DNA of 62,195 nt, filler included. It is 8 parts of 8 records of this genome, joined end to end, with 100 filler letters (N's around TTAATTAATTAA, not from the genome) between each part and the next. Parts side by side here need not be neighbours in the genome. Positions count along the whole stretch, not along the records: positions 21,628 to 25,024 come from SRR20825010_6844; positions 25,125 to 46,224 come from SRR20825010_6845; 6 more parts are not named here. One strand, written 5' to 3'. This document shows positions 21,628 through 31,437 of this stretch, one piece after another; the first letter of the stretch is position 1, and every line of letters begins with the position of its first letter. The translations under genes were made by a program, and so were the position numbers. The notes below the pieces were generated by a model that made no database searches, was not told the origin of the DNA, and saw nothing but the letters and a program-made list of their open reading frames with translations.

Positions 21628-22714
21628 GTGCAGGGACCTTAATTCCTTCAGCGGGTACAGGCCATTGGATCGTTTCGGAAAAGGTCAGCTGCGGCGCAGT
21701 GTTATTTCCACAACCAGTTTGAAAAATGAGACACAATAAAAGCAGCAGCAGTCGAATTGAAACACGATCGCCTTTTTGCAAACTGGCTCTGGGAGGACGA
21801 TGGTATAAAGTCGTATCGATTTGTGAATTCCCTTCACAGCCTAAAGTGACTTCCTCCACCGAACCACGAAATTCCACATCCTGTACCTCATAGAATCCCT
21901 TGTCATCGTTGACAATCGATAGTTGCTCAGGGCGGGCAAAACTTGGGTTTCGCTCCCCGCCTGTTATCGCTTGATTATCGAGCATGCTCAGATCATTGAC
22001 GGGGCCCAGGTAGCTGGCGATCTGGAGAGTCGGTGGAGCATAATATAACTTATTCACATCTCCCGCATAGATAATTCGCCCCTGTTCCAGGCAGACGACA
22101 TGTGCTGCCTCCCGCAAAACCAGTTCTGGGGAATGGCTAGAAAAGACGAGTGAAATCTGCTGTTCCCGACAATACTGGCGGATCACATTCCAGTAGGCAG
22201 GCCAGTGTGCCTGATCAACGTGTACCAGAGGCTCATCCATCACAATGACCCGCGCATGGCTCGCCAGTGCGCGGGCAACTGCCAGCCGGGAAGCTTCTCC
22301 CTGCGAGAGTTGACCTGGATATTTTGCAGCCAGAGTTTTTAAATTGAAATCTTCCAGCAGTGATTCCGGTGAAAATAGTTCCAACTCAGTTTGAGGACAG
22401 ACTAATGTCAAATGTTCTAATACGGTGTATTGTGGCCAGAGACCCAGTGTATGAGGAACCCAGAACAGGTCCAGGCAGTTAGCCTGTGACGACCATGTTC
22501 CGGTTCGTGTTACAGTCCCGCGATCAGGGTGTTCGAATTTGACCAGTAAATTCAATAGAGACGTTTTACCGGCTCCGGAATATCCCATGACGGCAGTCAC
22601 CCCCGCTGGGATCTCAAGATTAATCTCAGCCAGCCGCGTATCGTTGGCCCAGTTCAGACTGACATCAGTAAGTGACCATAACAGCGAATCGGATTGTGGA
22701 CTGAGTGTAGACAT
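21628..22714 (-). CDS. ABC transporter ATP-binding protein with in-frame C-terminal lipoprotein-like extension (3' partial)
   Basis: Walker A GYSGAGKTS, signature LSQGE, Walker B VIVMDEP, H-loop SSH, TOBE-like tail, then RLLLLLLCLIFQTGC with no stop. Confidence 0.88.
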
Positions 22715-22716
22715 TT

Positions 22717-24186
22717 TTATGATACGAACTGATTGAGTTCAGGCTGATTGCTGAAATAGATCCAGATTTTTCGGACGACAGGCAACAGTATGATAGACAG
22801 TAAAACAGGAATACAGCAGCTGATCAAACTAATTGCTGATAAAACGGATGTTTGGCCATAATGCATCAGCCCATACAGGCGGACTGCCGAAGTCATACCG
22901 TTGTTAGGAGCGAGAATCGAACTGATTGTAACGTCCCAGTAAACCCAGAAGGCCAGGACAGCGACGGCCCAGTATTGCATGCGTCCCCTGGTCACCCACA
23001 ACAGACGACCGCCGTTTTCTGACTGATGAGGACAAACAGATTGTTTCAGTAAATGTGCCAGGAATAAGGAATCGTTTTCTTCCTGTTTTTGAAATATCAG
23101 CTTGATGAATACCGCCCTGGGAAACAGGTACAGTACAAAACCCAGTAAAACCGGGACTGGAGTACCATACAGCCAGTTCTCTGCCCGCGACAAAAAAAAG
23201 GAGGCAATGACAAGCGCCAGGGTTAATGAACCAGACAAGCCCGGTACACAACACAAAAAGCCCATTGACTTGATCAAACGGGATTGCTTTCGGTCAAATA
23301 AACAGGTTGCCAGCCCCCACGCAGCAATCCCCGATGTCGTCGCATATAAGACCCCCCAGGCACATTCCTGCAGCGTTCCCATGACCTGTAATCGATTTTG
23401 CAGCACACTTTTCAGAGAAAGTAAACCACCCCATCCCAGCATAGACAGGGGAACCAGGACTACACAGCAAATTGCGACCGCCAGATAGCTGACCGCCAGA
23501 AATCGACGCGATCGATTCATTTTTGAGTGATGATGCTGTTGCAGATAGTTCGGTCGCTGTTCCAGGCTTCTTAACAGATACAACACTCCTGCCATCAGCA
23601 TCACTTCAATGATCAGCGGTCCCATAAGATAGACTAGCGTTTCTCTGACAGGTACCCCGCCTGCCTGTGCATCAAAGATCCAGACCGTCCAGGAATTCAG
23701 ATAGAGCAGAGAGGCCATTTCAAATTCCTGAAAAGACAGCAGAAACAGCAGACACCAAACAGGGATAATGCGTACTAACGTTTTTCTGAGAAAGAAACTC
23801 CACTGTGCAGGAAATCGGGAGATCGCAGTTCCAGCAATCGAAGCAGACTTGCGAATGAAATCGGCTTCTACCGAAATTTGGGTTTGAGCAGTCATGTGAT
23901 AACAGAGGATTCCCACTGGAACGACTCTCAGTAAAACCAGCGTGGAATAAACAGCTTCCGCCAGTACCGGAAAATGAATCAGTTGTGTCGTCATCAACGA
24001 CCAGGTATAGCCGACAATCAGCTCCGGAACCAATACCGGAGCCAGGATCACTAACCATACAAAAAAAGTATATCGAGTTTCAGTTCGTTCAATCAAAGAT
24101 GACAGTCGCTGACAGAGGAAGACTCCGATCAGCGAAATGATGAGACTGCGTAACACGGTCACACCACAGATGGTGGTCAGGCTCAT
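22717..24186 (-). CDS. ABC transporter permease (FbpB-like, two-module)
   Basis: Multiple TM helices, LLSFQEFE, lies between binding protein and ATPase genes. Confidence 0.82.
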   Translation of the reverse strand: MSLTTICGVTVLRSLIISLIGVFLCQRLSSLIERTETRYTFFVWLVILAPVLVPELIVGYTWSLMTTQLIHFPVLAEAVYSTLVLLRVVPVGILCYHMTAQTQISVEADFIRKSASIAGTAISRFPAQWSFFLRKTLVRIIPVWCLLFLLSFQEFEMASLLYLNSWTVWIFDAQAGGVPVRETLVYLMGPLIIEVMLMAGVLYLLRSLEQRPNYLQQHHHSKMNRSRRFLAVSYLAVAICCVVLVPLSMLGWGGLLSLKSVLQNRLQVMGTLQECAWGVLYATTSGIAAWGLATCLFDRKQSRLIKSMGFLCCVPGLSGSLTLALVIASFFLSRAENWLYGTPVPVLLGFVLYLFPRAVFIKLIFQKQEENDSLFLAHLLKQSVCPHQSENGGRLLWVTRGRMQYWAVAVLAFWVYWDVTISSILAPNNGMTSAVRLYGLMHYGQTSVLSAISLISCCIPVLLSIILLPVVRKIWIYFSNQPELNQFVS

Positions 24187-25022
24187 TTCAAGTACTCCGA
24201 CTTGAGCCAGTCCAAAGTCCGTTTCCTCTGTTTGACGAGATCAGACAGGGGATATGCCTGTTTAATATACGGGCGAAACTTCTGAACTTCTTCAGGTACC
24301 TGATCCCAGTTGACTTTGCCTAATGGTATCTGACGTGACTGCGACTGTGATAACTCCAGTTCAACATCCGCCGAAAGCAGGTAATCAACCAGCGCTTCGG
24401 CCTGTTTTCGTCGTTTTGTACCTTTGATGATGGCAACACTGTTGGGAATCAGCAGGGCTTTTTCTTCAACCAATACCGGTATCGCAGCAACGGGTTGCCC
24501 TGCATCGACAGCAACAAAATAATCATCGGTGTCAGTATATCCGAGAATGCAGGCACCAGTAGCGACCAGGTTTTTTACACTGGAATTACCGGAAGTGACC
24601 TGAATACCCCGGTCCTGCAGTGAATGATACCACTCCTGCAGTCGGGCTAATCCCCAGGCATCACATAGAATCGTAAAATGTGAAAGCGTCGTTCCATAGA
24701 GAGGCTTTGCGATGGCGACCTGATTCAAAGGCCCTGCTAATGTATTCGCCACATTCTCATAGGAAAGCTCATAGGAATCTGTATTGGCGATATAAACACG
24801 CAGGCGAGCCGCAAATCCGGTCCAGCAACCATCCGGATCTTTGAACTCTGCAGGAATTCGCTGGTATCCTGGTCCCTGATAGGCAGCCAGCAAATCCTGC
24901 TCTTTTAAAGCTGCTGTACCCAGTGCCTGATTGTTCCAGAATACGTCACACCGGGGATGATCTTTTTCCCGGATGATTAAATTGGTCAGGCCCAGCGATT
25001 TAGTGGCTTCCGTATCAAAACG
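24183..25022 (-). CDS. Fe3+-type ABC extracellular solute-binding protein (5' partial)
   Basis: Frame open to the contig edge: FDTEATKSLGL...PRCDVFWNN, AIAKPLYGTT, GYTDTDD, LIPNSVAIIKG. Confidence 0.85.
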   Translation of the reverse strand, partial: RFDTEATKSLGLTNLIIREKDHPRCDVFWNNQALGTAALKEQDLLAAYQGPGYQRIPAEFKDPDGCWTGFAARLRVYIANTDSYELSYENVANTLAGPLNQVAIAKPLYGTTLSHFTILCDAWGLARLQEWYHSLQDRGIQVTSGNSSVKNLVATGACILGYTDTDDYFVAVDAGQPVAAIPVLVEEKALLIPNSVAIIKGTKRRKQAEALVDYLLSADVELELSQSQSRQIPLGKVNWDQVPEEVQKFRPYIKQAYPLSDLVKQRKRTLDWLKSEYLK

Positions 25023-25024
25023 CG

Positions 25025-25124
25025 NNNNNNNNNNNNNNNNNNNNNNNNNNNNNNNNNNNNNNNNNNNNTTAATTAATTAANNNNNNNNNNNNNNNNNNNN
25101 NNNNNNNNNNNNNNNNNNNNNNNN
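25025..25124. other. Artificial contig spacer
   Basis: N44-TTAATTAATTAA-N44. Confidence 0.99.
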
Positions 25125-25146
25125 CGTCTCGGAGAGACGCCGCTAC
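25125..25146 (-). repeat. Partial GTAG-type REP-like palindrome at contig end
   Basis: Minus strand reads GTAGCGGCGTCTC-TCC-GAGACG: a GTAG tetranucleotide followed by a GC-rich hairpin. Confidence 0.55.
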
Positions 25147-25364
25147 GTGATCAAACCCAATGACTCCCGCTCACGAACTTAGCAGTGAGCGGGAAGAAGA
25201 TTTCCCGACCGTTCCTCCCGTCGCGATCAACGTATCAATCGGAGCGGATGAAATGCAAATGGCGTGCAAACGTTGCACCGCTGAACCGGATCCTGATTCA
25301 TGAGTCGCGTGGCTTTCCCGAGCCAAACTTCTCTACGTTTAATTCGTCGCAATTTCCGTTTGTT

Positions 25365-26426
25365 ATGCAGCCCACACCGCTCCGTCGAATTCTGCTCGGC
25401 TTGGGAGTGTTTTCGCTGATTTGTGCGATCGCGATCATCGCTTACATCCAAATGGGATGGTCCGTCAGCGACGCGATCTACATGGTCGTGATCACGATCT
25501 TTGGTGTCGGCTATGGCGAAGTCAAACCCGTCGACACACCCGCTCTGCGAACACTGACGATTGCGATCATCGTGTTGGGGTATGGAGCCGCGATTTACAC
25601 CGTCGGTGGATTCATTCAGTTTCTAGTTGATGGCGAACTACAAAGCCTTTTGAGGAATCGAAAAATGAGCCAAGGCATTGCCAGTCTTCGCGCACACACA
25701 ATCGTCTGCGGATTCGGACGCATGGGTGTCCGCGTGGCCGAAGAACTTCAGGAGCTTGGCCAACCGTTTGTCGTGATTGATGAAAACACGGCCCGGGTCG
25801 AGGAAGCTCAACAAGCGGGAATGTTGGCCATGGTCGGCAATGCCACGGACGAAGACATCCTGATGGCGGCCGGAATCGACCACGCTCGCGGCCTAGCAAC
25901 GTTGCTGCCCGACGACGCTGCCAATGCGTTCATCTGCGTGACGGCGAGAGATTTGGCCGAGAAAGTCGAAATCGTTTCGCGAGCCGAGAACCATTCCGCT
26001 CAAAAGAAACTGATTCGCTGCGGTGCCAATTACGTCGTGATGGCAGCAACCATCGGTGCGATGCGGGTCACTCAGTTGCTTGTTCGCCCGACCGCGTCTG
26101 CGGTGCTGGAATCCCATGGACTGTCGCATGGGATCAGCGAAGAACTGTCTGCCATCGGTTTGAACTTGGAGGAACTGCGACTGACCAGCAGCTCTCCATT
26201 GGTGAGCAAACCGCTCGCCGAAATCCAAGTTCGCGGCAATCGTGGTTTTCTAATTGTCGGTGTGAAGCGTGGCGAGGATCCGATTCAGATGAACCCCAGC
26301 GGCACTTTGATTCTGGAAGTCAACGATATCGTGATCGTGGTCGGTCACCAAAACGACATTGCCGAATTGTGCTTGGCTCACAAAGTCCAACGACAAGAGA
26401 TTCTCTATCGGGGCGTCAAAGGCTGA
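25365..26426 (+). CDS. Potassium channel protein (2TM pore + RCK_N/RCK_C, Kch/MthK-like)
   Basis: Pore TIFGVGYGE, Rossmann HTIVCGFGRMG, C-terminal TrkA-C; ATG 25365 preferred. Confidence 0.92.
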   Translation: MQPTPLRRILLGLGVFSLICAIAIIAYIQMGWSVSDAIYMVVITIFGVGYGEVKPVDTPALRTLTIAIIVLGYGAAIYTVGGFIQFLVDGELQSLLRNRKMSQGIASLRAHTIVCGFGRMGVRVAEELQELGQPFVVIDENTARVEEAQQAGMLAMVGNATDEDILMAAGIDHARGLATLLPDDAANAFICVTARDLAEKVEIVSRAENHSAQKKLIRCGANYVVMAATIGAMRVTQLLVRPTASAVLESHGLSHGISEELSAIGLNLEELRLTSSSPLVSKPLAEIQVRGNRGFLIVGVKRGEDPIQMNPSGTLILEVNDIVIVVGHQNDIAELCLAHKVQRQEILYRGVKG

Positions 26427-26439
26427 TCGCGATCCGCCA

Positions 26440-27288
26440 TCATGCTTCTTCTGCCGAAGCCGCCTCTGATTTCGCATTGGCAATGCCGCTGGCGATCAAA
26501 CCAGCGAAGTAGCCGCCTTTGAATCCTGCATCAATATTGACCACCGCAACATTCGCGGCACACGATGTCAGCATGCCCATTAGTGGCGTCAGGCCCGCAA
26601 AGTTGGCTCCGTATCCAGTGCTGGCGGGAACCGCGATCACGGGTGTGGCCACGTGCCCGGCCAACGCCGCCGGCAGAGCGCCTTCCATTCCTGCGACCAC
26701 CACAATAGCGGCAGCCGCTCGCAATCGGGGGACGGCGGCCAACAAACGTTGAGGCCCGGCGACCCCGATGTCGTCGATGCGTTCACAAGCGACCCCCATC
26801 CATGCCAATGTCTCCGCGGCTTCTTCCGCCACATGCGCATCGGTGCTGCCCGCGGTGACAACGGCAACGTGGGTTGAGTGACCTTCGACACCGATCGGAT
26901 CCAAATTTTCGTCCCCGCAACCGATTCTCAGCGTGCGTGCGGACGGGTTGTACCGAGTGTTTTCGAAAACTCGCCGCAACTGAGCCGCCGCGGTCGCATC
27001 AATTCGCGTGATCAAACACCCTTGGCCGACCGCGACCTGAGTTTGCACGATCTGGGTCATCAGATCGGTTGATTTCCCCTCGCCGTAGATCACTTCGCCA
27101 AAACCACAGCGGGCGAGACGTCCCAAATCGACGGTCGCGCCGGGCACCGTTTGCATGTCCGCAGCTGACCCGATCGAGCTGGCCTGAATGGATTCCGCCG
27201 CGGCTTCCACGTCGGTTTGCCCCGAAGCGAGGTCCTGCAGAATCTGCAGCAGGGCAGGGGAGGGGGGTTGATTGGAGGGTAGGTTCAT
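26440..27288 (-). CDS. larB: Nickel pincer cofactor biosynthesis protein LarB (PurE-like)
   Basis: GFGEVIYGEGKS, AGSTD..VAEEA, VVAGMEGAL, PASTGYGA, VVNIDAGF. Confidence 0.92.
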   Translation of the reverse strand: MNLPSNQPPSPALLQILQDLASGQTDVEAAAESIQASSIGSAADMQTVPGATVDLGRLARCGFGEVIYGEGKSTDLMTQIVQTQVAVGQGCLITRIDATAAAQLRRVFENTRYNPSARTLRIGCGDENLDPIGVEGHSTHVAVVTAGSTDAHVAEEAAETLAWMGVACERIDDIGVAGPQRLLAAVPRLRAAAAIVVVAGMEGALPAALAGHVATPVIAVPASTGYGANFAGLTPLMGMLTSCAANVAVVNIDAGFKGGYFAGLIASGIANAKSEAASAEEA

Positions 27289-27411
27289 AGCGTGCTGCTT
27301 GACTTTCCGGCCAGGATCCTTCTGACCGTCCTTGCGTGTTTCGCACCGGACAACTTAAATGCGAGGCCTTCAAACATAGCCGATTCCCCCGCATTTGGAT
27401 GCAGATCTGAG

Positions 27412-28626
27412 ATGAAAAGTTGTGTGCTGGCCTATTCCGGTGGTCTCGATACGTCCGTCATTCTGGGCTGGCTCCAGGACCAAGGCTACGAAGTTCACTG
27501 TGTTTACGTGGACCTCGGGCAGCCCTGTGAGGATCGCGATGCCATCATGGAGAAGGCTCGTACCTGCGGGGCCAAGTCCTCTCGTTTGGTGGACGTTCGT
27601 GAAGAACTGTGCCGCGATTTTGCTTTCCCCGTGTTGGCGTGGCAAGCCAAGTACGAACAAATCTATCTGCTGGGCACCTCGATCGCTCGCCCGCTGATCA
27701 GCAAGGTTTGCTTGGAAGTGGCTCGCGAAGTCGGCGCGACCGCCTACGCTCACGGAGCAACAGGCAAAGGCAATGACCAATGTCGTTTCCAACTTGCTGC
27801 CGAAGCTCTTGATCCAAACATCGAAATGATCGCTCCTTGGCGAATCAAATCGTTCCGCGATGCCTTCCCTGGCCGCACCGAACTGATCGAGTACTGCGAC
27901 GTGAAGCGAATTCCTGTCAAAGCTTCGACTGCAAAGCCATACAGCAGTGATGAAAACGTCCTGCACATTTCCTACGAAGCGGGCAAGCTTGAAGAACTCG
28001 ACGTCAACGGCGTGGAGCTGGTCGAATTCGGAATGGGCGTTTCACCTCAAGATGCTCCCGACAAACCAGAAGAAGTCACGATCGGCTTTGAATCCGGCGT
28101 ACCAAAAACGTTGAATGGCAAAGCCGTCAACGCTTTGGAAATGGTCGAGCAACTCAATGACATCGCTGGACGCAACGGCGTCGGTCGCATCGACATGGTC
28201 GAAAATCGTTTCGTCGGCATGAAGAGCCGCGGTGTTTACGAGTCGCCCGGCATGACTGTGTTGTACGACGCATTGATGTACGTCGAACAACTCACCATGG
28301 ACCGCGACCTGATGCACCTTCGCGACCGCATGGCTCCCGAAGTGGCTGAAATGGTTTACTACGGCTTCTGGTACACGCCCAAGATGGACGCACTGATGTC
28401 GTTCATCGAAACCGCTCAACGTCCAGTCACCGGCGAAGTCACGTTGCAACTCTACAAGGGCAACATCATGGTGTCTTCGCGAACCAGCCCAAACAGCTTG
28501 TACGACGAAGAGATCGCGACCATGGAAGGCGGCGGCTCGTACAACCAAGACGACGCCGAAGGATTCCTGCGAATCCAAGGCTTGCCGTCGCGAGTCCAAG
28601 GCCGCGTGTCACCACGCAAGTTCTAA
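27412..28626 (+). CDS. argG: Argininosuccinate synthase
   Basis: VLAYSGGLDTS, LGTSIARP, HGATGKGNDQCRF, ENRFVGMKSRGVYE. Confidence 0.98.
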   Translation: MKSCVLAYSGGLDTSVILGWLQDQGYEVHCVYVDLGQPCEDRDAIMEKARTCGAKSSRLVDVREELCRDFAFPVLAWQAKYEQIYLLGTSIARPLISKVCLEVAREVGATAYAHGATGKGNDQCRFQLAAEALDPNIEMIAPWRIKSFRDAFPGRTELIEYCDVKRIPVKASTAKPYSSDENVLHISYEAGKLEELDVNGVELVEFGMGVSPQDAPDKPEEVTIGFESGVPKTLNGKAVNALEMVEQLNDIAGRNGVGRIDMVENRFVGMKSRGVYESPGMTVLYDALMYVEQLTMDRDLMHLRDRMAPEVAEMVYYGFWYTPKMDALMSFIETAQRPVTGEVTLQLYKGNIMVSSRTSPNSLYDEEIATMEGGGSYNQDDAEGFLRIQGLPSRVQGRVSPRKF

Positions 28627-28680
28627 CTTGGATCAACGATTGACAGGGCAACGACTCAAGTCTTTGCCGACTCAGCATCG

Positions 28681-28710
28681 CGGCGAGGTTCTAAACCTCG
28701 CCGTTTTTTT
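28681..28710 (+). terminator. Rho-independent terminator after argG
   Basis: CGGCGAGGTT-CTA-AACCTCGCCG followed by T7. Confidence 0.9.
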
Positions 28711-28741
28711 ATGGACGCGAGTCATCTCTCCAATGCTCGAC

Positions 28742-29665
28742 TCAAGGTTGCGTCGACGCCCATTCGTCCAGCACATCGTCCGATAGCGGCTCACCTCCCG
28801 TCGGAGTGATCAATGCCTGGACCGTCAACGGTGGCGTTGTATCGGGCAAGAAGTATCCGCTACCTTCCACCGTCGCGACGCAGACACCCCCATCGGTTGC
28901 TCCCCCCAAACCATTTCCCGAAGGCGGATTGATGAGTCCACCGACCGACCCGATATCCAAATCGTAGGGCTCCATCCACGATTCAGTCATCGTGTTCATC
29001 TGGCCCTCGGCTAGCAAGATCGTCTTCGTCGCACCATCGGTCACCTGCCGAGGCCCCAGTGGTCCGGTACTGGGAAACAATGTCCCGGCGCCGGTCACCA
29101 AGTGATAGACGGTGCCTGTTCCCCAACTACTGCTCTCCGGATGCCGATAGACCGCCGGTGTTTGGCTGTAGAGAAGCATTTGGTTTTCGCCCTCATTCCA
29201 GGGAACATCCTTGTCGATCTGGTTGTACAAACCGTCCTCGTCCAGATACGGCAGAATCGTCACCCGCCACGAGTGCAGCTTTCGTCCCGCGGCATCCACC
29301 GTGTACGGGGCAGGGTAGACGCCATGATCGGCAGCGTACGCATTGAGTGCCGAGGCGATCTTTTCCAGATTCTTGATGCTGCTCAATCGCTGGCGGCCCG
29401 TGCGAATTTTCTTGGCCGTCCGGCTGCCAACTTGAACCGCTGCAATCAAACCGGCTCCGATCAGCAGCAACGCCAATCCGGCCGCGACAAACCAAATCGC
29501 CGACTTGTTGCGTTTGCCAGGACGATTCCCCATCCGCCGCGAACCAGCAAACTCAGGCATCGTGATTTCGCGACCGCATACGACGCAGTCGCCCGTGCGA
29601 CCACTGTATTCATCTTCCACCTCGGTTTGCGATTGGCAGTGTGGGCAAGTGAACAGAAACGTCAT
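28742..29665 (-). CDS. DUF1559 (SBP_bac_10) planctomycete protein with N-terminal zinc ribbon and TM
   Basis: CPHC..CVVC, TM helix, [35 protein letters not shown]. Confidence 0.88.
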   Translation of the reverse strand: MTFLFTCPHCQSQTEVEDEYSGRTGDCVVCGREITMPEFAGSRRMGNRPGKRNKSAIWFVAAGLALLLIGAGLIAAVQVGSRTAKKIRTGRQRLSSIKNLEKIASALNAYAADHGVYPAPYTVDAAGRKLHSWRVTILPYLDEDGLYNQIDKDVPWNEGENQMLLYSQTPAVYRHPESSSWGTGTVYHLVTGAGTLFPSTGPLGPRQVTDGATKTILLAEGQMNTMTESWMEPYDLDIGSVGGLINPPSGNGLGGATDGGVCVATVEGSGYFLPDTTPPLTVQALITPTGGEPLSDDVLDEWASTQP

Positions 29666-29756
29666 ACGATCCTTTCATCAAATCAGTGATGCACCGCGTG
29701 TGCGTCCAGCCACCAATTTAGCCCATCTCGCCACGACTTGGATCGCGAACCACCCA

Positions 29757-30194
29757 ATGAAAATTGTTTTGCAACGCAGCCGACAAGCCAGCGTTTCTGT
29801 GGATGGCAAAATCGTCGGTCGGATCGAGCGTGGATTGGTGGCGTTAATTGGCATCGGTCACGAAGACACGGAAGCAACCGCATCCGCATTGGCCGATAAG
29901 ACCGCTGGACTTCGAATTTTTGCGGACGACAACGGCAAAATGAATCGCAATGTAATCGATGCCGGTGGCGACGTGCTCGCGATCAGTCAGTTCACCTTGC
30001 TGGCAGATTGCCGCAAAGGACGCCGGCCCGCGTTCACCGATGCGGCACCACCAGATCGTGCGAACGAGCTTTACGAGCACTACGTCAGTGAACTTCGCAA
30101 AACGGGATTGTCGGTGCCTTGTGGGATATTCGCGGCCGATATGGCGGTTTCGCTAACAAACGCTGGCCCCGTCACCATCATTTTGGAACTGTGA
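29757..30194 (+). CDS. dtd: D-aminoacyl-tRNA deacylase
   Basis: [23 protein letters not shown]. Confidence 0.96.
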   Translation: MKIVLQRSRQASVSVDGKIVGRIERGLVALIGIGHEDTEATASALADKTAGLRIFADDNGKMNRNVIDAGGDVLAISQFTLLADCRKGRRPAFTDAAPPDRANELYEHYVSELRKTGLSVPCGIFAADMAVSLTNAGPVTIILEL

Positions 30195-30218
30195 CGCACG
30201 TTCAGAGGTGAGCGGCAC

Positions 30219-31133
30219 TTATCGCTGGGGCAGGGCAGGGGGCCAATTCGGTCGGGCAACTCGCTGGCCCATTCCCGGCTGAACCACACCGGGCTGCGTC
30301 GCACCAGGCTGAGCCGGTGAGGGCCAACCAAAGTTGGAAGGCGACTCCTGCGGCGATGTCACTCGCGGTTGCCACTGCGGCGGCTCGCGACTTTCCCATG
30401 GCGCGAACAATGACGGATTGGTGTAGTCCGGATTGATCTCATCCTGGCTCGGAACGGCGTAGCGATCGCGATCCATTCGCACTCGCTGGCGAAGCCGGTC
30501 CAAAATTTCGTGATCGCCCCATGCCAAATAGATGAACAACCCAAGCTGGCCCCAAACAAAAATGTTGGCCAACGGACTGCTGCCGAAGAATTTCAACGCC
30601 GTGCCGAACGATTTTTTCACTCGCATCGAGCCACGACTGAAATCCAACGACCAAATCTCGTCCAAGATCAAATGGGTCAGGAAACCAACCAGCACCGCGC
30701 ACGACTTGTAGACGCGAACCGCTTCGCTGGCGCAAGGCATCGCCATGTATGCGATCAATCCTGCGACCAGCGCCGCTGGAATGCTGTGCCACATGCCTCG
30801 GTGAACCGTGAACTTACGGAAACCCTCCACGGCAACAAATCGAATCGCGATGTAGACGATCATTGCGGCGAGCGCCATCGCTTCGTGTGACAACCCCAAG
30901 TCTCGCCATCGATCGATCATCAGCATCGGTACGACCGCCGCCAAAAACAGACTCGTTTCGCGAAGCGGCACGCCGGAATCGCTGTCCAAATCCGGCAACA
31001 TCCCTGAGACGCTGCACAGCCCACCGGCCAACAGCGCACTCTCCATCGACATGCCTTGATCGAACACGCCCCAATATCCATAGGCGCATCCGACAACGGT
31101 GCTCGTCGAAATATGGGTTTTGAAGCCAGCCAA
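30219..31133 (-). CDS. Membrane metal-dependent hydrolase (YdjM-like) with Pro/Gln-rich tail
   Basis: TTG start MAGFKTH, LPDLDSD, HRGMWHS, THLILDE. Confidence 0.88.
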   Translation of the reverse strand: MAGFKTHISTSTVVGCAYGYWGVFDQGMSMESALLAGGLCSVSGMLPDLDSDSGVPLRETSLFLAAVVPMLMIDRWRDLGLSHEAMALAAMIVYIAIRFVAVEGFRKFTVHRGMWHSIPAALVAGLIAYMAMPCASEAVRVYKSCAVLVGFLTHLILDEIWSLDFSRGSMRVKKSFGTALKFFGSSPLANIFVWGQLGLFIYLAWGDHEILDRLRQRVRMDRDRYAVPSQDEINPDYTNPSLFAPWESREPPQWQPRVTSPQESPSNFGWPSPAQPGATQPGVVQPGMGQRVARPNWPPALPQR

Positions 31134-31437
31134 TGAAACGCGAACGGAAAGGAGACGACGGGCGGGGAAGGGTGGTCCGACAAAATTTCCCGAGACACCA
31201 ACCACAAGGCCACCAAACCACGAGGGCGGAGCAGGGCGGTCGCGCACCGAGAACCATTGGCGTTACCAAATTCGGGCCCGCGCCCGCCACCGGAAATTTT
31301 TGATCCGCCAATTGGGCCCCTGCCCCCGACGAGGCCCCATCGCCGGCCCCGAAAAAAATTGCTGTTCGCCCTGCCCCTTCCATTTTGCTACAAGCGTCAA
31401 AACGGTCCGAATCCGTTGCAGCGGTGAAATTGCGCTC

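Noticed and set aside
30156-30180. dtd reads NAGPVT rather than NDGPVT
   Set aside because: The Gly-Pro motif and SQFTL are intact, so a single substitution is not evidence of altered function.
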